NCBI GenBank assembly: GCA_039621445.1
Contig: CP154954.1
Span: forward strand, 43,026,632-43,090,631
Direction of reading: 5' to 3'
Length of the DNA: 64,000 nucleotides
From: Euglena gracilis
Taxonomy: Eukaryota
This document shows positions 27,640-55,771 of the stretch, one piece after another (the first letter of the stretch is position 1; each line of letters opens with the position of its first letter). The translations under genes and the position numbers were made by a program. Under the pieces are notes generated by a model. The model had not been told where the DNA came from, ran no database searches, and saw only the letters and a program-made list of their open reading frames with translations.

Positions 27640-30600
27640 ACTGGAAATAGCCTGGCGCAGCGACGCATTTATTAACGGCATGCGGACATCAGCAGAAGGC
27701 TGGATCGAACCCTTCTTCCCCGCCTTTGCTTGTCCTGCCCTACTCCTGCTTCCAGTCTGGGCGCTGCAGGGCCGACACATCGTCACCCCGCCACCCTCGC
27801 CGCAATCCCACACCCACTGCGGGCCCCGGGCAGGCACCTATGGCCGACCAGGGCCGACCAGGGCCGACCAGGGCCGACCAGGGCCGACTATGATTTTCAG
27901 GACCCCCGTAGGTGGGGGTTCCGACCAGGGCCGACCAGGGCCGACCAGGGCCGACCAGGGCCGACTTGCATGTGATTGGCCGACCGAAGGGGAATGGATG
28001 AAGGAATTCGGCAGCTTTCCCTCTGGACCAAGCACCTCTGATGATGCTGGGCGGTGCTGGGCGATGCAGGACGATGCTGGCCCGGCAGCATCGACCGCGG
28101 GTTACCGCGGGTTTCGGGACTGTCATAGGTGGGTTGCCGACCGCAGCCGACCGCAGCCGACCGCAGCCGACCGCAGCCGACCGCGCAACTTCTTTCTGAT
28201 TGATGTCATTTTTTCAGTGAGAATGAGGAATTTTATCCCAGATTTTGAGATTTTTCTGGCTCGTCTGGCTCATGTTGTCACTTTTGGCTACTTTTGGCCG
28301 CTTTTGGCCATTTTAGGTCGCTTTTGTCCCCTTTTGGCCGATTTGTCACCATAATTCACCAATTTTGACTTATTTTGACCATTTTTGGCCACTTTTTGCG
28401 CACTTGTTGTAATTTTGGGCCATTTTGTCCTGCTCTGGGGCCATTTTTGACCATTTAAAGCCATTTTCGACCTTTTTTTGTTATTTTGCCCATTTTTTGG
28501 TCTCTTTTTGGTCCAATTTGACCATTTTTGAGCATTTTGTGCCAGTATATTGTATATTTTGAAGAACTCAACCCATTTTTGGATAATTTCCCCACAAATC
28601 TCCAGTTTTACACCCATTTTGGCCATTACGGATCAGTTTTTGCTAACTTGGGGGCCATTTGTCACTGATTTGGCAAATATTGGGCTAATTTGGGTCAATA
28701 TGAGCATATTTTATGGCATATTGGCCATTTTACGCCCTTTTGGTAATTTTGGGTCATTTTTCACAATCTTTTTTTCTGTGACGGATACCCCCACCTATGG
28801 CCGACTATTTGCCGACCAGGGCCGACCAGGGCCGACCAGGGCCGACCAGGGCCGACCAGAGCACCAAAATGGGAAGTGACCATAGGTGCCTGGCCCCGGG
28901 GGGGGGGGGGGGGATGGCTGCCAGTGGAAGGTCCAGGTTCGAGGTTGGGTCATTTTGAGCATCACAAACCCTCCCTTGCAATGATTCAAGGAGACTCAAG
29001 GGATTCCTCCTCCATTTCTGTTTTCAGGGGTTTAATTTTTTTTGGGCAATGGGCGGTTCCACTCAAAAAGACACGGGCAGCAAGTGGGGAGGGGGGGAAT
29101 TGACATCCCCCCCCCGGGCAATTGACGCCCCCGGGCAATTGACGCCCCTGGGCAATTGTCACCCCTGGCTGTGCTGGCCAATTTTTTTTTGTCACCCCGG
29201 GAAATTGTCACCCCCCTCCGTGCTGCCCAATTTATCACCCCCCTCCACAGAAAATGTTTGTGAACTTTCTTTTCGCCGACACGCCTCGATTGATCCTCTA
29301 TTTCGCTACAACGTGATGAGAAATGTCACGTACCAAATGCTCTGCACAATATCACAACCATAGCTGCGTTTTTGCACGCTCGCTGGTGCTTCAGATGGTG
29401 TTCTTGGTCATTTGGATTTAATGTGGCCTACATGGGTGGGCAATTGACGCCCCCGGGCAATTGATGCCCCTGGGCAATTGTCACCCCCCTCTGTGCCGGC
29501 CAAATTGTCACCCCGGGAAATTGTCACCCCCCTCCGTGCTGCCCGATTTGTCGCGCGACAATTGCCTGGGGGGGGCAGGTACGCAATTGCCGCATTTTTT
29601 TTCCCGAAGGCCTCCAATATCAATCCCCCCCTGCCGCTAGCGGTCATGCCAAAACCATACAAAGCACAGCGGGATCTGGCATTTGGGATGACTCTCTTCC
29701 CCTCCGAAACGTGAAAGGAGGCTTTCGATCTAGGGTCACGAGACTCCAGAACCCCCCCAAGCATGCCCACGGAAGTTCTCGACCGTTTGTCAGTTTGTCG
29801 GGGAGGGGCCACCGATGTTCAAGGAGCCGTCCCACTGGAGCATTCCGCCCCCTTCCTTGGGGAGGTTGAGGCACCGGACATCCTCGCTGTCAGGGGAGGG
29901 GGAACCAGTGTTGGAGCGCATTGTTGGAGACCTCCACTGGTCACGTGGCCCGCAGTGCCCCCTGCCCCTGCCCCAACCCAGTGCCCCCGTGCCTTCCCAG
30001 CCCTCGACCACACATTCACTTAACCCCTGTGTGACCCCCCGGGCAGGTTTTTGAAAGTGGGAGGGTGGGTGTGGGCCATTGGACCCCTCCCCTCCCGGGG
30101 AGGGGGGTGCCTCATGGTCAGCCCAACCCGGCCGAGCCACGTTGGCAGGGAAATTTCAAAGGGTTCAAGGCCTATTTCGGGTCATTTTGGTTGGCAGAGT
30201 GAGTGGGTGCCGCCCCCCCCCCCCGGAGGGGTGCGGCTGGGTGGGGTTTTCGAAGAAGAAAAAAGCGGGTGGGTGTGTTTTTGGTTGGGGAAAAGGGCCA
30301 ATTTCCTTCTCCGGGGGTCAGTACGTGGATCCATGCCCTCGACCTTTTCTGCAGCCAGACGACGGCGTACCCAGTCGGCTGCCGCTGCTGAGGGCTGGGC
30401 GGTGGGGGTTGGCACAGTGGGGCGGCCTGCTTGCATGGGCAGCTCCGGGGAGGTGGACGTCGGGTGCAGAGGTCGAATTGCAGCAGTGTGCAATTTGAAG
30501 CTGAAACCCCATCCCCCCTATTAATTAATAATCCCTCTGGTTTACAATTTGGCCCTCAAATTCAGCGGCCCGAGGTGATTATTTGGGTGTAATTCTCAAA

Positions 30601-31900
30601 TTCAAAAAAACTGGAGTAAAACCATCCCGCCAGGTAACACAGATTTTTTGCAGATTAGGATTTTTGTTTACACAGCGGGTGCCTTTTTTCGGGGTCCATT
30701 CTGACCCAATTTCTTGTTTTATTTGCCGTACAGTGGGGCAGGGCTGTGGGGTAGGGCCATTTTTTTGGCCGCCGAAGGACGGTCTTCATCTGAGTCGATC
30801 CTCGTAATGTTTGTGGGGACGGATTCCTGGGCCAGGGTCCAACGCCGCTTTGCCCACCGCCTGTGTGCGTTGCCTGACATGTGGAACGACTCCTCCGGCT
30901 TGGCTCAATTTGTGAGAGAACGAGATGCCCCACTCCCATCCCACAGAGAAGAAAATGAGGCGGGTGTGAGAATGGGAGTGGGAGTCCTGGGGGACCCTCT
31001 GGGGGGTGAGCCGTGGCCCCCGCCTGGCTCTCTCCGCGTTGAGTCAGCTGGTGACCCACGGGCCGCAACCCTGCGCATCGCATCGTCCGCATCGAGTCGC
31101 ATCGCTGCCCCCACCCCTTCCCAGTGTGCAGTGATCTTTGCTATTGCATGTCCCAAGTGTGGGCTTTGAGGACCTGTGCACGTGCGTCATTGCGTATGTG
31201 TTGTATCTGGGTGCAGGCACATGTGTGAGGTGCTTGTATGAGAGAGAGTTCACAACTGTCGTTACCCCATTACAATATGATGACCAGTTGCTCCACATTA
31301 ACACAATGGTCCAAAAGCAATCAGCGAAACAATTTTGGGTTGAGATTGTCAATCACATGGAAGTACACTCTTCGAATGGAAGAGATTGGGCAAACCATTG
31401 GAAAGAGAAATGGCATGCCCAATGGCCATTTTCGCAGAGGGCTTGTTTGTCCCTACAAACAGACAGCGTCCAAACAGGCTTTCCCCCCCTCCAAATTTGA
31501 GAATTTGCCGACCGAACAGGCCGACCCCACCCCAAGGGGCTTCCTGCCAAGGTCCCCCCCCCCCGAGTGGATGGAAACCCAACAAACTCCTCGGCGGTGT
31601 CGGTCTCGGCATCGGTTGCCCGGCCCACTCAATGGGGGGCCCCTCTGTCCCTCTGAGGTCCGGCCCCGCCACACTGGCCCCCTCCGCCGCCGCCAGGGCC
31701 GGGCCGCCGAGGCCCTGCCCCGGTCGACGACCCCCCGAAGCTCTGGATCTGGGGCGACGTTGTCTGCCCCGGCCGGGCACGTACGTGGGACGGTGGCCCA
31801 CCCCCTGTGGACAGCTTCGCTGCCCACAGCCCCACAGCAGTGGCGTCGACACCCCTCCGGTTTCTCCGGACCCGTGTGGAGCAGACGGGCCGGTGCTTCG
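27640..31900 (-). CDS. Possible multi-exon gene of unknown function
   Basis: Protein-like stretches on the minus strand at ~31600 (GRATDAETDTAE), ~31030-31110 (AMRLDADDAMRRVAARG), ~30770-30905, ~30340-30470 (AAADWVRRRLAAEKVE) and ~27650-27790; no recognisable domain; splice sites unresolved. Confidence 0.3.
27831..28892. mobile_element. hAT-like nonautonomous element with subterminal (GGGCCGACCA)n arrays
   Basis: TIR CAGGCACCTATGG / CCATAGGTGCCTG; perfect 8-bp TSD GCCCCGGG; 10-bp tandem arrays at ~27842-27890, ~27921-27965 and ~28811-28860. Confidence 0.9.
29095..29575. mobile_element. MITE-like element, same family as 21188-21548
   Basis: Inverted ends CCCCCCGGGCAATTG / CAATTGCCTGGGGGG and a shared interior. 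Confidence 0.75.
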
Positions 31901-34582
31901 CAGGAGGAGGGCGGTTGTTGGGGCGGGGTCGGGGCAAGGGCGGGGGGGCAGGAAGGTGCTCTCCAACATATGCCCTGGATACTTCAAAATGGTGGTTCAT
32001 TGTGCAGCCAGAAGCATGACCAGAGTGGAATTCACCTGGGCATCATGACCCCCCAAGAAACTGGGAAAGTGTTCTTTGGAAAATTTACTCCGCGAATTCC
32101 CTTTGGGAATTTGTACCCGATGACCACCATACCTACCCCCCCCCCCGGGAAACTGGCATGCCCTGAGAACCTGTCAGGGTCCCGCCTGGGAAGCTGTCAG
32201 GGTCCCCGGTACTGGCCAACCTGTCAGGTGACAGTTTTCCGGGGGGGGTAAGAACCTGTTTTCCATCTCTGTATTTGTTGAGTTTTTTTTGGAGACAATG
32301 TCTCAGGTGGCAGTCCCCCCCAATTCACCTCCCTCCAAAATTTTAGTATTTTTTTGGCGAAAAATCTTGAGATTTTCAGCAGTTTATGCAGCATTGATTT
32401 TTTGGCCAGAAAAACTCGAAAGAATTCCACTTTTTGGGTGAATGGCAACCCAGGCCAACTCTCACGGGCCAGGCTTTACGTTGGCCTGGAAAAAAAAACA
32501 AAAAAAGAACAACAGGCACCGCAAATTCATCAGCATGCATCCATCACCCGCCCACCCCTCCACCCCGCCGTAGGGTCTCTGTGCTTCGGGGGGTTGGCAC
32601 CAAGTTCGTTTTGCTGGGCTCCTGCGGCGCCCCTGAGAGGCAAAGCATCGTGTTGAACCATTGAGGTCTTCCAAACTCCCAAGCAAAATTGCGTTCTAGA
32701 TTTCTTTTCTAATCCACAAACACCTGCCCGCCATATGTGGCATCCCCAAATTAACGTACCTGCCAATTTTTTAATGAGATGGCCAACCCCCCACCCTGCT
32801 TGGTCACCAACTTTGGAAGAATATACAAAACATGCGAAAGCCTCACCCGGAGAAAGAAGCAAGAAAGCCAGGCTGTCAGATACAGGAGAAACTCTTCACG
32901 CACTATGGATCTGACCCTTTCCAATCCCTTCTATCTCTATTATACACCTTATCATTTGTCCTTGTTCTTTGCCATTTCCAATAATCGCTCTCATACGCGC
33001 AAATAGCACCACTCCTTCTTTCAGGTTCCCTTTTCCGTGTCTTTGGTGATGAAAGAGTCATCCCGGACATTTTAAAGTTTTTTTTTCCACCTTCTGAAAC
33101 AATCTTTGGGAGCCATAGCCCTCGCCTATCGTTCAAATTGGTAAATGAACAATCAGTACAACGCCAGGAGGGGAGAACATCGTGTTCATTCAAACAGCAT
33201 GGATGGACGCTGTGGAGGGGCTTGGTGTTGGGGAGTTGCCCAAAAGTGTGACATACGCCAAGTTTTGCAATTATGCAATCCCATCCGTCGATACCCAAAA
33301 GTCTCCTTCATTTCTCAAATACGAATAGTGTTAAACATTTTAACATTTAATGCCCGAGAACCTGTCAGGGTCCCGCCCAGGAAACTGTCAGGGTCCCCTT
33401 TACCGGCCATCCTGCCAGCATAGGGTCCCCGGTACTGGCCAACCTTTCAGGGTCATTTTTCATTGACTTTCCCTTGAAATGCCCTGCCCGGGAAACTGTC
33501 AGGGTCCCCAGGACCGGCCGACCTGTCAGGTGACAGTGTCCCAGGGGGGTGTAGGTAGCTGCCAGGGTGAATTTAAAACTTTGGTCAAACTCCCCGGCGG
33601 GGGCGCCTGCCTGGGCAAACTTCAAAGCACCCAGATCTGGCCCCTGGGGGCACATGGCCCAAAATGAAGGGTGGAAATGTAACCACATTCTTTGCGTTTT
33701 TTCTTGTGTTTCTCAATTTTGGCAAAAGTTGCTTTTTTTTCTTTTTTTTCTCTTGCGATTTTCCAGTTTCTGATGATTTTTTTTGGTCTGAAAAAAATAT
33801 TTTGGATCTCATTTTCCCCTAACAAAAGATTTTGATTTTTGTCATTTTGGATTATTTTTTTTTGGCCAGGAAATCGCATGTTTTTGCATCAGCATGTTTT
33901 TTGCAGCAGCATGTTCCCAAAAATTCCAAGTTTTTTTTTCAGAGAAACATCAAATTCTTGAATTTTTTGGGTATTTTTTTCTTTTTTTTGCAAATTTTTC
34001 TTTTTTTTCTTTGTTATTGTTTTCAATGATTTTCAGGTGAAAAAGTCCGAAATATGCGCCATGTTGCATAACATGTGACGTTGGGGAATGAAGAAAATTA
34101 CCAAGAGGAGGTGAATTTTTTTTGTAAGTTCTCTCCAGTAAAAGCGTTCATCCCGGGAAGGAGCTGCTGAAGGAAGTTGCATGCAACTCGTGTTTTTTCT
34201 GTGCTGTTGCGTCTTTTTGCATCGCGTTTTTCAAGGCTCCATGTTGCGCTCCCCCCTCCCCAAAAAGATGCCTGCACCCGGACAAGGCACCCCAGCCGAA
34301 GGCTCCAGAGCTCAAAACGGCCCATTTTCTGGCCCACCCATGACCCACGTCCAAGCAGGGTTGTGCCTCCCGAGTTGTGCCTGCCTACTGAGACCGAACC
34401 TGCTCCGAGGCGCCCTACCCCCCCCCCCCAATATGAGTTCGGGTCCACTGCGTGCAATTGCTTTGCCTGTGCCTGAAGACCACACAGAGGCTGTTTCAGG
34501 ACATGGGGGAGGTCGGCACCTGCCCAGCCACCCTCCCACCCACGGTCCGGCGTCCCGTCGCGGTCCCACAGCCGCCACCCCC

Positions 34583-48789
<14,207 letters not shown>

Positions 48790-50980
48790 GCCCCGTGCCT
48801 TGCGGGGGGCGCCGCCGCCCCTCGACGGGGGGGGGGGGGGGGGCAGGCCCTGCCCGCCCGCTGTTGTCGCCAGCGCCAGTCAGAGTGTGTTGGTGGCCCT
48901 CTGCGGGAACCGGGGCTGGCGGCGGACCCCGGCCGCTGGGAGGGGGCTGCCCGGGATGATGTCGGTGGATTCTGGTTGTGCAGGAAGGCTTCTTGGCGGA
49001 GATGGGTGGTTGATTTGGCACAAACCAGGGAAATTTTTTTCCAGTCCAGCACATCCACCCCCCCCCCCCCCGCGCAAACCCAGAACTACTTTGTTTTGAT
49101 GATCCTTGATGCTTCCCAGCTGCCCTGTTGCAAGGCGTTCCGATGTTGTTCCCTGTCGATTTCATTTTTGGTGCTCTTGTGATTCTTTTGCAGTTTTGTC
49201 TGAACATTTTCTCTTTGCAAACAAGTAACCTGTTGGGGTTTTGCACCAGGTTTTGCCCCCCTCTTTTGCTTCCCAGCCCCACAGAGATGTTGGAGGGGTG
49301 CCAATCCCCCCATCAGCAGCATACTCCGTGGTCGAGCATTATACCACTGCGTTTGCGATGGCCTCTCAAAGCCTGGTGCCCCCCCTCTGTCTGTACAGTC
49401 TAATGCGAAGGGGGGTCAGAGGTGGGTCAGCGCCCTTCCAGCAGGCACTGTGCGAGGGCCTGGTTGCATTTTGTCATTTTCCGGTGTGTCGTGTGTGTTG
49501 AGCATACGTCTCTTTAAGGTTTTGCAAATTCTCTCTCTCCGGGGGGGGGGGGGGGGCTTCCTCAAATTTAACCCAGCCAACCTCAGCAGCACCCTCCCAG
49601 GGGGGGTTGCCCAAATTCCAACCCATTTTGAGAATCTTTCCTGTCTTTTTGCCTCATTGGGGAATGGCCACAATTTGGTGATTTTTGCCCTCCAAGATAT
49701 GACGCCGAGTTTCGTTTCTTCCGGGTTCGACCCAAGAAATAAAGAATTACCCAAAGATACACGAAACTCCTGGTCTTGTCAGATGCATTTCCTGTTGCCA
49801 CACCAGGTTGTGTTCTGGAGGTTGGTTGACTGATCCACCCTCTTGCTTATTTTTGAAGATTTTGAAGACCAAAATTCGGTGGATTCTGAAGTCAATCACG
49901 AAAGGAGTGTATCTTCCAACACAGCAAAAAATGCAGTCAGGGACTGATTGTTAGAGAATTCTGCAAGTTGTTGTTGGCATAGGGGATAAATATGTATAGA
50001 TGAGGATTTCCACCAGTTTCCAGTGGAGTTCCGTGGTTGTTACTCTGGCACACACGCAGCAGAACTCGTGCAAAATTATGCGCACCAACCATTTCAAAAC
50101 CAACAATAGCTTTTTGCGCCCCTGATTGAAGCTGGAGAACATGATGTGATGCAGCTTTGGTACTTACTCCCTGTCTTATGTTCCTGTGGGTGCTGGACCA
50201 CCTTCCCACGAACATTGTCGGGCGTGAACATTGTGGGCATCGGCAGTTGGGCAACTCGGCCGAAATTGGGCAACTCATTCTATCAGGTATTCAATTTTGG
50301 CTCACCATTTATTTTGATGGTTCAGGGGTTCAAAAAAGGCAGTTTTTCAAGGTGTAGGTGAAATTGTTTTTCACCTGGTCTTTTAGACCAAGGATCAGGC
50401 GCAATACACTGGCTGAGAATGTGTGTAGCTGCTGATTTAAAATATTGGTAATCAGTGCAATACCCCCTGACAAGGGGTGTTTGAAAACACGTTGACAAGA
50501 GAGTGCAAAAAATGAGCGAAATTCTGTTTTTGGCTGTCTGACCCCCGGGACTTTGGCGAAAACGGTGTTTTGGGGGGGTGCGGAGATGGACTTTGTAAGT
50601 TGAAACCCCAGGGACCTTGCCGGCCCACACTGAAAAAAACGCAAAAAAAGCGGCAAAGGAATGGGACCTTTACTGCCCTTGTTGCTTCTTTCGGCTGTAT
50701 CCCCGGGTGTGCCCGAGCTGCCGGCGGTGTGCGTCCTGGGTGTTTGCCGGACTGCTTTGCTTGCGGCGCCTTGGTGTGGTGTTTTGGGGTTGTTTTCTAA
50801 AGCGCGGGGAGGAAGTGCCGGGGGGTGTGGGTGTGGTGTGACCAAGCCGGCGAGAAGGGCATAGGGAAAGGGAGGTAAGTGCGGGGTGTTGGGCAAGGGA
50901 AGCGCAGGGGGGAAGGAATAGGGTCCGCAGGGAGTGGGGGGGGGGGGTCGATTCCTGCCCGGGATGTGCCCCCACCCACC

Positions 50981-51160
50981 ATGGCTCCGCGCAAGGAAGA
51001 ATTCTTTCAGCACCAAAGGGCCGAAAGAACATTTTGGCATCAAAGTCGAAGCTCCCAAAAAAAACACGGAAGGCCTGGGGGATGGTCCTACTTTCCACCC
51101 ACCACCCATGTTATGCCACCCCCTGCCAGATGTCATCCTTAACCTTCCCCTAATCATGTG

Positions 51161-51250
<90 letters not shown>

Positions 51251-51333
51251 GTGTGTGTGTGTGTGTTGTGTGTGTGTGTGTGTTGTGTGTTCGTTCACGT
51301 TGTGTGTTGTGTGCGTGTGTGTTGTGTGTTGTG

Positions 51334-51366
<33 letters not shown>

Positions 51367-51408
51367 GTGTGTGTGTGTGTGTTGTGTGTGTGTTTGTGTG
51401 TGTGTGTG

Positions 51409-51450
<42 letters not shown>

Positions 51451-51522
51451 GTTGTGTGTGTTGTGTGTGTTGTGTGTTGTGTGTGTTGTGTGTGTTGTGT
51501 GTGTGTGTGTGTGTTGTGTGTG

Positions 51523-51559
<37 letters not shown>

Positions 51560-51584
51560 GTGTTTGTGTGTGTGTTGTGTGTGT

Positions 51585-51638
<54 letters not shown>

Positions 51639-51749
51639 GTGTGTGTGTGTGTGTGTTGTGTGTGTTGTGTGTGTGTGTGTGTTGTGTGTGTTGTGTGTGT
51701 GTTGTGTGTGTGTGTGGTGTGTGTGTGTGTGTTGGTGTGTGGTGGTGTT

Positions 51750-51822
<73 letters not shown>

Positions 51823-53985
51823 GTGTGTGTGTGTGTGTGTGCATGCGTGCGTGCGCATTATGTAACATGCACCCTGTGCCTGGCTCCGCAGTGGAGGCAG
51901 ACGAGCCCGTGCCCCCGTGGCGATCCCCGCCACCGGGGCAGGGCCAGGGGGGTTGCCCCCTGCACCAGGGATAGATGGGAAGCACTTCAGTTTTGAGGGA
52001 GGTGGTAGGGGGTGGTCCCGACCCCCCACTGGGGGGCAAGGTAGGGGGCAGTCCGGACCAGGTGTTGGGAGGGGTGCCCAGACCCTCATCCCCCCCTCTT
52101 CAGCAGGTTCCAGAAATAGCAAAGAATTTTTTAGTGCACAGCGTCGGAAAATGAACAAAAAATGCATTTTTACTCACTTTTTGCGCATGTTGCCCATTTT
52201 TTGATACGCTGGTGTTTTCCACATAAACTATATATTATATTAAAACAAAAGATTCAAATAATTTCGAAAATAAGCTTTTTCGGACGTATTTTCAAAGGGA
52301 TTTTTGAATGGTTTTGGCCCGATTGTCAGCCCTTCGCCCATTCACAAAACCAAGGACTCTCTGGGCCCATGCCAATTTCGAGGTTGGAGGTTCTCCTCAA
52401 TGCTTCTCATCTATCCCTGCCCTGCACTGTTGCTGTTGCTGCTGTCGCTGCACGTCCGCCACACGTTTGCACTGGTTGGGTCGGCGCATGCCCGTCCCCG
52501 CCCCGGGCCCCTCTGAGCCCCTGTCTTCCCACACGCTGGTGTTGGGCTGGGCCTCCTGTCAGCTGGGGGGAGGTCGGGATTGCCGAGGGCAGGGAAACAC
52601 AAATGCCTTTCTGAGTGTTTTTTTGCGGGTTTTTTTGTGTTTTTTGGTGCTTTTTTAAGGCGATTTTTTTTTATTTTTCCTGGAAATTTTTTAAATATAA
52701 AAATTTGCTGATTTGGCCCCAATTTTTCCCCGGAACCAAATTCTTGTCAATTCTTTGACATTTTCCCTTTTTTTTGCAGTCAACAAGTTGCATTTTTGGG
52801 ACAAAAAATGAAGAATTTTTCCTGAACAAGCAAAAAAAAAATGAATGCTCTAAGTCTAAGAAAAAGTGTACGGGAGCTCCTGAAGGATTTTACATGCAAT
52901 TGAGGTTTTTTTATGCTATTTTTGCCTTCGTTTGCATCTTTTTTGCGTGTGTGCCCCCCCCCCCCGCCGAGAGGTCCCCGGGCTGCGGCTACGCTCTGCC
53001 GAAAAGCCGTTGCCTCGCACGCCGCACCCTCGCCCCCCTCCTCCCTCCCCCTCCCCATGCTCCGCTGTGTGGCTCATATGGCGTCGAGAGGACCCCCTTC
53101 GGGCCCTCATATATGGCCTCCCGGGCGTTGACCTCGTGTGTGGCCATCGGTGTGGTGCTGCGACCCTCGGGCGGCAGTGATCTGGGCAGGGTGCCTCTCC
53201 CAGCCTTGAAGGCCGTTCTTTTTTTTTTGTGGATTGCCCACAGTTGTCCACCCACCATACACCTTACGCCTCTGAACCAACAACGGAATGGGCGAAACAG
53301 GTCACACGAACAAGGTTGGAGACCAGGGCGGTGCTTAAGAAAATTTGACCCCCCCCCTGGGGGGTCCAGCCAGCCAGCCAGCCAGCAGCCTTTTTCCGGC
53401 CAACGGCCTTTTTTTGAGCCCCGGACCCCCCCCCTCCCCCCAATCAACGGGATTTATTTATTTCCAGCTGCCCTTTGGGCGGCTGAACGGTGACAGATTT
53501 TTCGCTTTCGCGGGTTCAAAAATGGGCCAAAATGGGCAAAAAATGGACGAACATGGGTCAGAAAAAAGCTGTCCAGGACATTTTGGGGATCAAGGAACCA
53601 ATTTTTTGTATAATTGGCAGATGTTTGCAACTAAAAGTTATAAATGTGCAATTAGATGTGCAATTATAAATTGCACATTTTTTGCAATTTTGATTTTTTA
53701 TACCCGGTTTGACCCCGGGTCCGGCCCAGCTCCAGCCTGGGACCCCTATGGGGGGGGGGTCAGCCAGCCTTTTTCCAGCCAGCCTCTGAGCTGGACCCCC
53801 CCCGCAGGGGATCCTTGAGCAACGCTCTGTTGAAGACACCAGCCGTCCCCAATGCAATCACAGCACAGTTCAATGCAGAAGAGCAAGGGAAGCCTTTCAC
53901 GCATTTCATGTATTGCACGACATAACCGGCACAATGACGCAATGGTGAACACAACGTTAGGCACGCCAGCACGCCAGTGTGCCTA

Positions 53986-54081
<96 letters not shown>

Positions 54082-55451
54082 CACAACACAACCCAACCCA
54101 CAACACAACGCAACACAACACAACACAACACAACAGAACGCAACACAACACACAACGCAACACAACGCAACACAACACACAACGCGACACAATGCAACAC
54201 GATACAACACACAACGCAACGCAACACAACACACAACGCAACGCAACACAACACAACACGACACAACACGCAACACAACACAACACAACACACAACACAA
54301 CACAACACAACACAACACAACACAACACACAACACGACACAACGCAACACAATGCAACACAATGACAACCTTGCTCACACACACAACACAACGACACAAT
54401 GCAACCTTGCTCTTGTTGTAGTTCATCGCCGCCGGAGTCGACCGGGGGGACGCTGCGCAAATCCACCGCCCTGCTGGAGCGTTATCGTCCTGTGGCCCTC
54501 TCCCCCTCCATCAGGTATCGATGCCATTCCTCCAGGCTTTTGCCCCATTTGCCCCCTCCCAGACATCCCTCACCCAAGGTAAAACCCCCCAAATTACACC
54601 GCCCCAAATAATACCCCCCCCCCCTCGGGGTCCAACTTTGGCGACTGGGTTAATACCCCCCCCCATTTTTGGGCCGACCCGGATTTTTGACCTGAAAATG
54701 TGGGGAAAATCACAATCTCTGACAACAAATTACAAAAAAACATCGATTTTTCTGGATCATCTTGCCCCCAAAAATGCTAAATTTTATGAGAAAGGACAAA
54801 AAATGTCCCCAAAGGGGGGTTTGGGTGCTATTTTGGGTCCTACGAAACTTTGAAAAATTTCGAAATTTTTGGGGTGCTATTACCCCCCCAAATAATACCT
54901 CCCCTCGGGCCAGGACTTCGGGGGAAAAATAATACCCCGGGAGGGGGTGTTATTAGAGGGGGGTTATCGCGGAGCGCCCTCCCACCCCAAAGCATGGAAT
55001 CGTCAGTTGGGCTTGGAAGGTCCCACCCCGCGTAAAGGGCATTCGAGCCAACCCTTCACCCGCAACGGAAACCACTCCGGCAGTTGTTTGGTGTTGGCGG
55101 GAAGGGCTCAAAAGCACTTGCTGCACCACACCTGCACTGGGGGGATGGGTTATTCTTGTTGGGGAACCGCAGCCTTTTTTTGGCCAGCTCCATTTCTCGG
55201 CCGCCACCCCATCCCATTTCTTCAGAGCATCAAGAACAACCGATCTCGGTGGGGGCCTCCGCCCTCCCCCGCTGAAGCCTGCACCAGTCCCCACTTTGCT
55301 CCCAATGTAACCCCCTCGCCCTCGTTTGTGTGCGTTGCCAGGGGAGGAGGCATCCACTCGGGCCTGCCCATCCGAAGCAAACTACCCCCCCTCTCCAGTG
55401 CTTTGCTAGCCTCCCAAAAGAAGGTGGATTCCAGTAATTTTGCGGACGTCC

Positions 55452-55456
<5 letters not shown>
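50981..55456 (+). CDS. Possible multi-exon gene of unknown function
   Basis: CCACCATGG at 50976-50984; exon-like segments at ~51892-51935, ~53060-53190, 54422-54513 (AG and GT flanks; SSPPESTGGTLRKSTALLERYRPVALSPSI) and ~55342-55456. Confidence 0.35.
51163..51842. repeat. Long imperfect (TG)n microsatellite
   Basis: Directly visible. Confidence 0.97.
51966..52419. mobile_element. hAT-like MITE, 454 bp
   Basis: TIR CAGGGATAGATGGGAAGCA / TGCTTCTCATCTATCCCTG; perfect TSD CCCTGCAC. Confidence 0.9.
53324..53829. mobile_element. hAT-like MITE; relative at ~18029-18425
   Basis: TIR CAGGGCGGTGCTTAAG / CTTGAGCAACGCTCTG; TSD TTGGAGAC / TTGAAGAC (7/8). Confidence 0.8.
53987..54395. repeat. (CA)n and (CAACA)n microsatellite
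   Basis: Directly visible. Confidence 0.97.
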
Positions 55457-55540
<84 letters not shown>

Positions 55541-55709
55541 TGCATTGTGTTGCGTTGCGTTGCGGTGTGTTGTGTTGTGTTGCGGTGTGTTGTGTTGTGT
55601 TGTGTTGTGTTGCGTTGTGTTGTGTTGTGGTGTGTTGTGTTGTGTTGTGTTGCGTGTGCGCGTGTGTGCGTGTGCGTGTGTGTGTGCGTGTGTGTGTGTG
55701 TGTGTGTTG

Positions 55710-55770
<61 letters not shown>
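55455..55770. repeat. (GA)n followed by (TG)n/(TGTTG)n
   Basis: Directly visible. Confidence 0.97.

Positions 55771-55771
<1 letters not shown>

Noticed and set aside
27842-28860. CRISPR-like appearance of GGGCCGACCA repeats
   Set aside because: Head-to-tail 10-mers without spacers, inside a TIR/TSD-bounded element in eukaryotic DNA.
31138-31500. AT-richer 120-aa ORF, possibly a transposase remnant
   Set aside because: No catalytic motif recognisable; needs a profile search.
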